This document shows, piece by piece, positions 31,975 through 32,675 of a DNA stretch of 32,675 nucleotides; the first letter of the stretch is position 1; each line of letters starts with the position of its first letter. The notes beneath the pieces were generated by a model. It was given only the letters and a program-made list of their open reading frames with translations. It was not told the origin of the DNA and made no database searches. The position numbers and the translations under genes were made by a program. Source of the DNA: a virus. Lineage: Duplodnaviria > Caudoviricetes. The stretch is taken from positions 1 to 32,675 of IMG/VR virus record IMGVR_UViG_3300043411_001113. One strand, written 5' to 3'.

Positions 31975-32001
31975 GTTTATAGCATAGAACATGCCGTGAA
32001 C
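31975..32001 (-). promoter_or_regulatory. Promoter of HNH-3 with LexA box
   Basis: GAAC-ATGCCGT-GAAC at 31987-32001; TGCTATAAAC extended -10 on the minus strand at 31975-31984. Confidence 0.75.
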
Positions 32002-32046
32002 ATACAGACGCCGTGACCGGCGCTGTCCCACCAGGAGGCCCCCATC

Positions 32047-32583
32047 ATGACCATCCTCCTCGCCGCCCTTGCCGCGGTGCTCGGCCTCGCCTGGGGCGCC
32101 TGGTGGGCGCATGTCCGCGACCAGGATCGGTTGCCGGGCGCGCCATCGTTCACGAAGGCGAAGGAACTGGGGATCGCGCTACTCGGCCTGCCGGCGGCGG
32201 TGCTGGCGCTGGGCTTCGGCTGGGTCGAGGCAGGGCTGATCTGGGTCGGCATGGCGGGCGGGTGGTCGCTCGGCCACATGGGCGGCATGGGCCTGCGCTT
32301 CGCCCCGTCGAGGACCGGCCTGTCGGTCCCCGCGGCATATGCTGCGATGGCCGGAACTGGCGCGCTGGTCACGCTGGCGCCGGCGGGTGTCATCGCGTGG
32401 CACGGGGCGTGGATCGCGGCAGCCGTCGTACTGCTCGCCGGGGCCTTGAAGGTCGCGACCTACGAGGCCGGGTTCCTCATCCGGGGCCTGACCGACCGGA
32501 AGCCGCACGCGACGTACATCGGCGCCATCCTGCACGGCGCCATTCTCTACGCGGTCACCGCTGCGGCGCTGGTGCTGGCCTGA
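32047..32583 (+). CDS. Multi-pass membrane protein
   Basis: SD AGGAGG; several hydrophobic segments. Confidence 0.7.
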   Translation: MTILLAALAAVLGLAWGAWWAHVRDQDRLPGAPSFTKAKELGIALLGLPAAVLALGFGWVEAGLIWVGMAGGWSLGHMGGMGLRFAPSRTGLSVPAAYAAMAGTGALVTLAPAGVIAWHGAWIAAAVVLLAGALKVATYEAGFLIRGLTDRKPHATYIGAILHGAILYAVTAAALVLA

Positions 32584-32675
32584 TGCTCCGCCGCGACCAG
32601 GTCCGCCTCGTCCACGACCTCCGCGCAAACCCACCCTGGCAGTGGCAGGCGATCGAGCCGTGGGAAGACCCGATC
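32583..32675 (+). CDS. Hypothetical protein, 3' truncated
   Basis: TGATG overlap; frame open to the window end. Confidence 0.45.
   Translation, partial: MLRRDQVRLVHDLRANPPWQWQAIEPWEDPI

Larger units (their letters stand above)
1..32675 (+). mobile_element. Phage/prophage structural and lysis region (podovirus-like, HTVC010P/uvMED-type gene order)
   Basis: Tightly packed co-oriented ORFs with TGATG/ATGA overlaps; recognisable capsid, GroES, adaptor, fibre, nozzle, ejection, holin and endolysin genes; no host housekeeping genes. Confidence 0.95.

Noticed and set aside
1-32675. Many long alternative-frame and antisense ORFs (e.g. 12206-14692 -, 19680-21632 -, 10251-11828 -, 22432-24126 +)
   Set aside because: R/P/G-rich shadow frames expected at high GC; they overlap better-supported genes and show no motifs
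1-32675. CRISPR array, tRNA, integrase/att site, DGR, stop-codon recoding
   Set aside because: By eye: no regularly spaced repeats, cloverleaf, recombinase or reverse transcriptase; genes read intact in the standard code

Overview
GC-rich morphogenesis and lysis arm of a tailed dsDNA phage or prophage. Gene order and motifs point to a podovirus of the HTVC010P/uvMED-like type (recognised from memory, not by search). The + strand carries, in order: portal C-terminus, GroES, scaffold, decoration protein, major capsid protein, adaptors, a candidate segmented fibre module, tail fibre, nozzle, about 14 kb of internal/ejection proteins (one ART-like, one with a transglycosylase domain), and a holin plus SLT endolysin. 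Three free-standing HNH endonuclease genes (5593-6135 -, 29832-30416 +, 31364-31903 -) each have the same kind of upstream cassette: an alphaproteobacterial LexA box (GAAC-N7-GAAC) over a sigma70-type promoter, a long hairpin, TGACC, and a hairpin holding the Shine-Dalgarno (SD). This candidate SOS-controlled, RNA-structured HNH cassette is the most striking signal and implies an alphaproteobacterial host. All functional calls come from visual motif recognition only.
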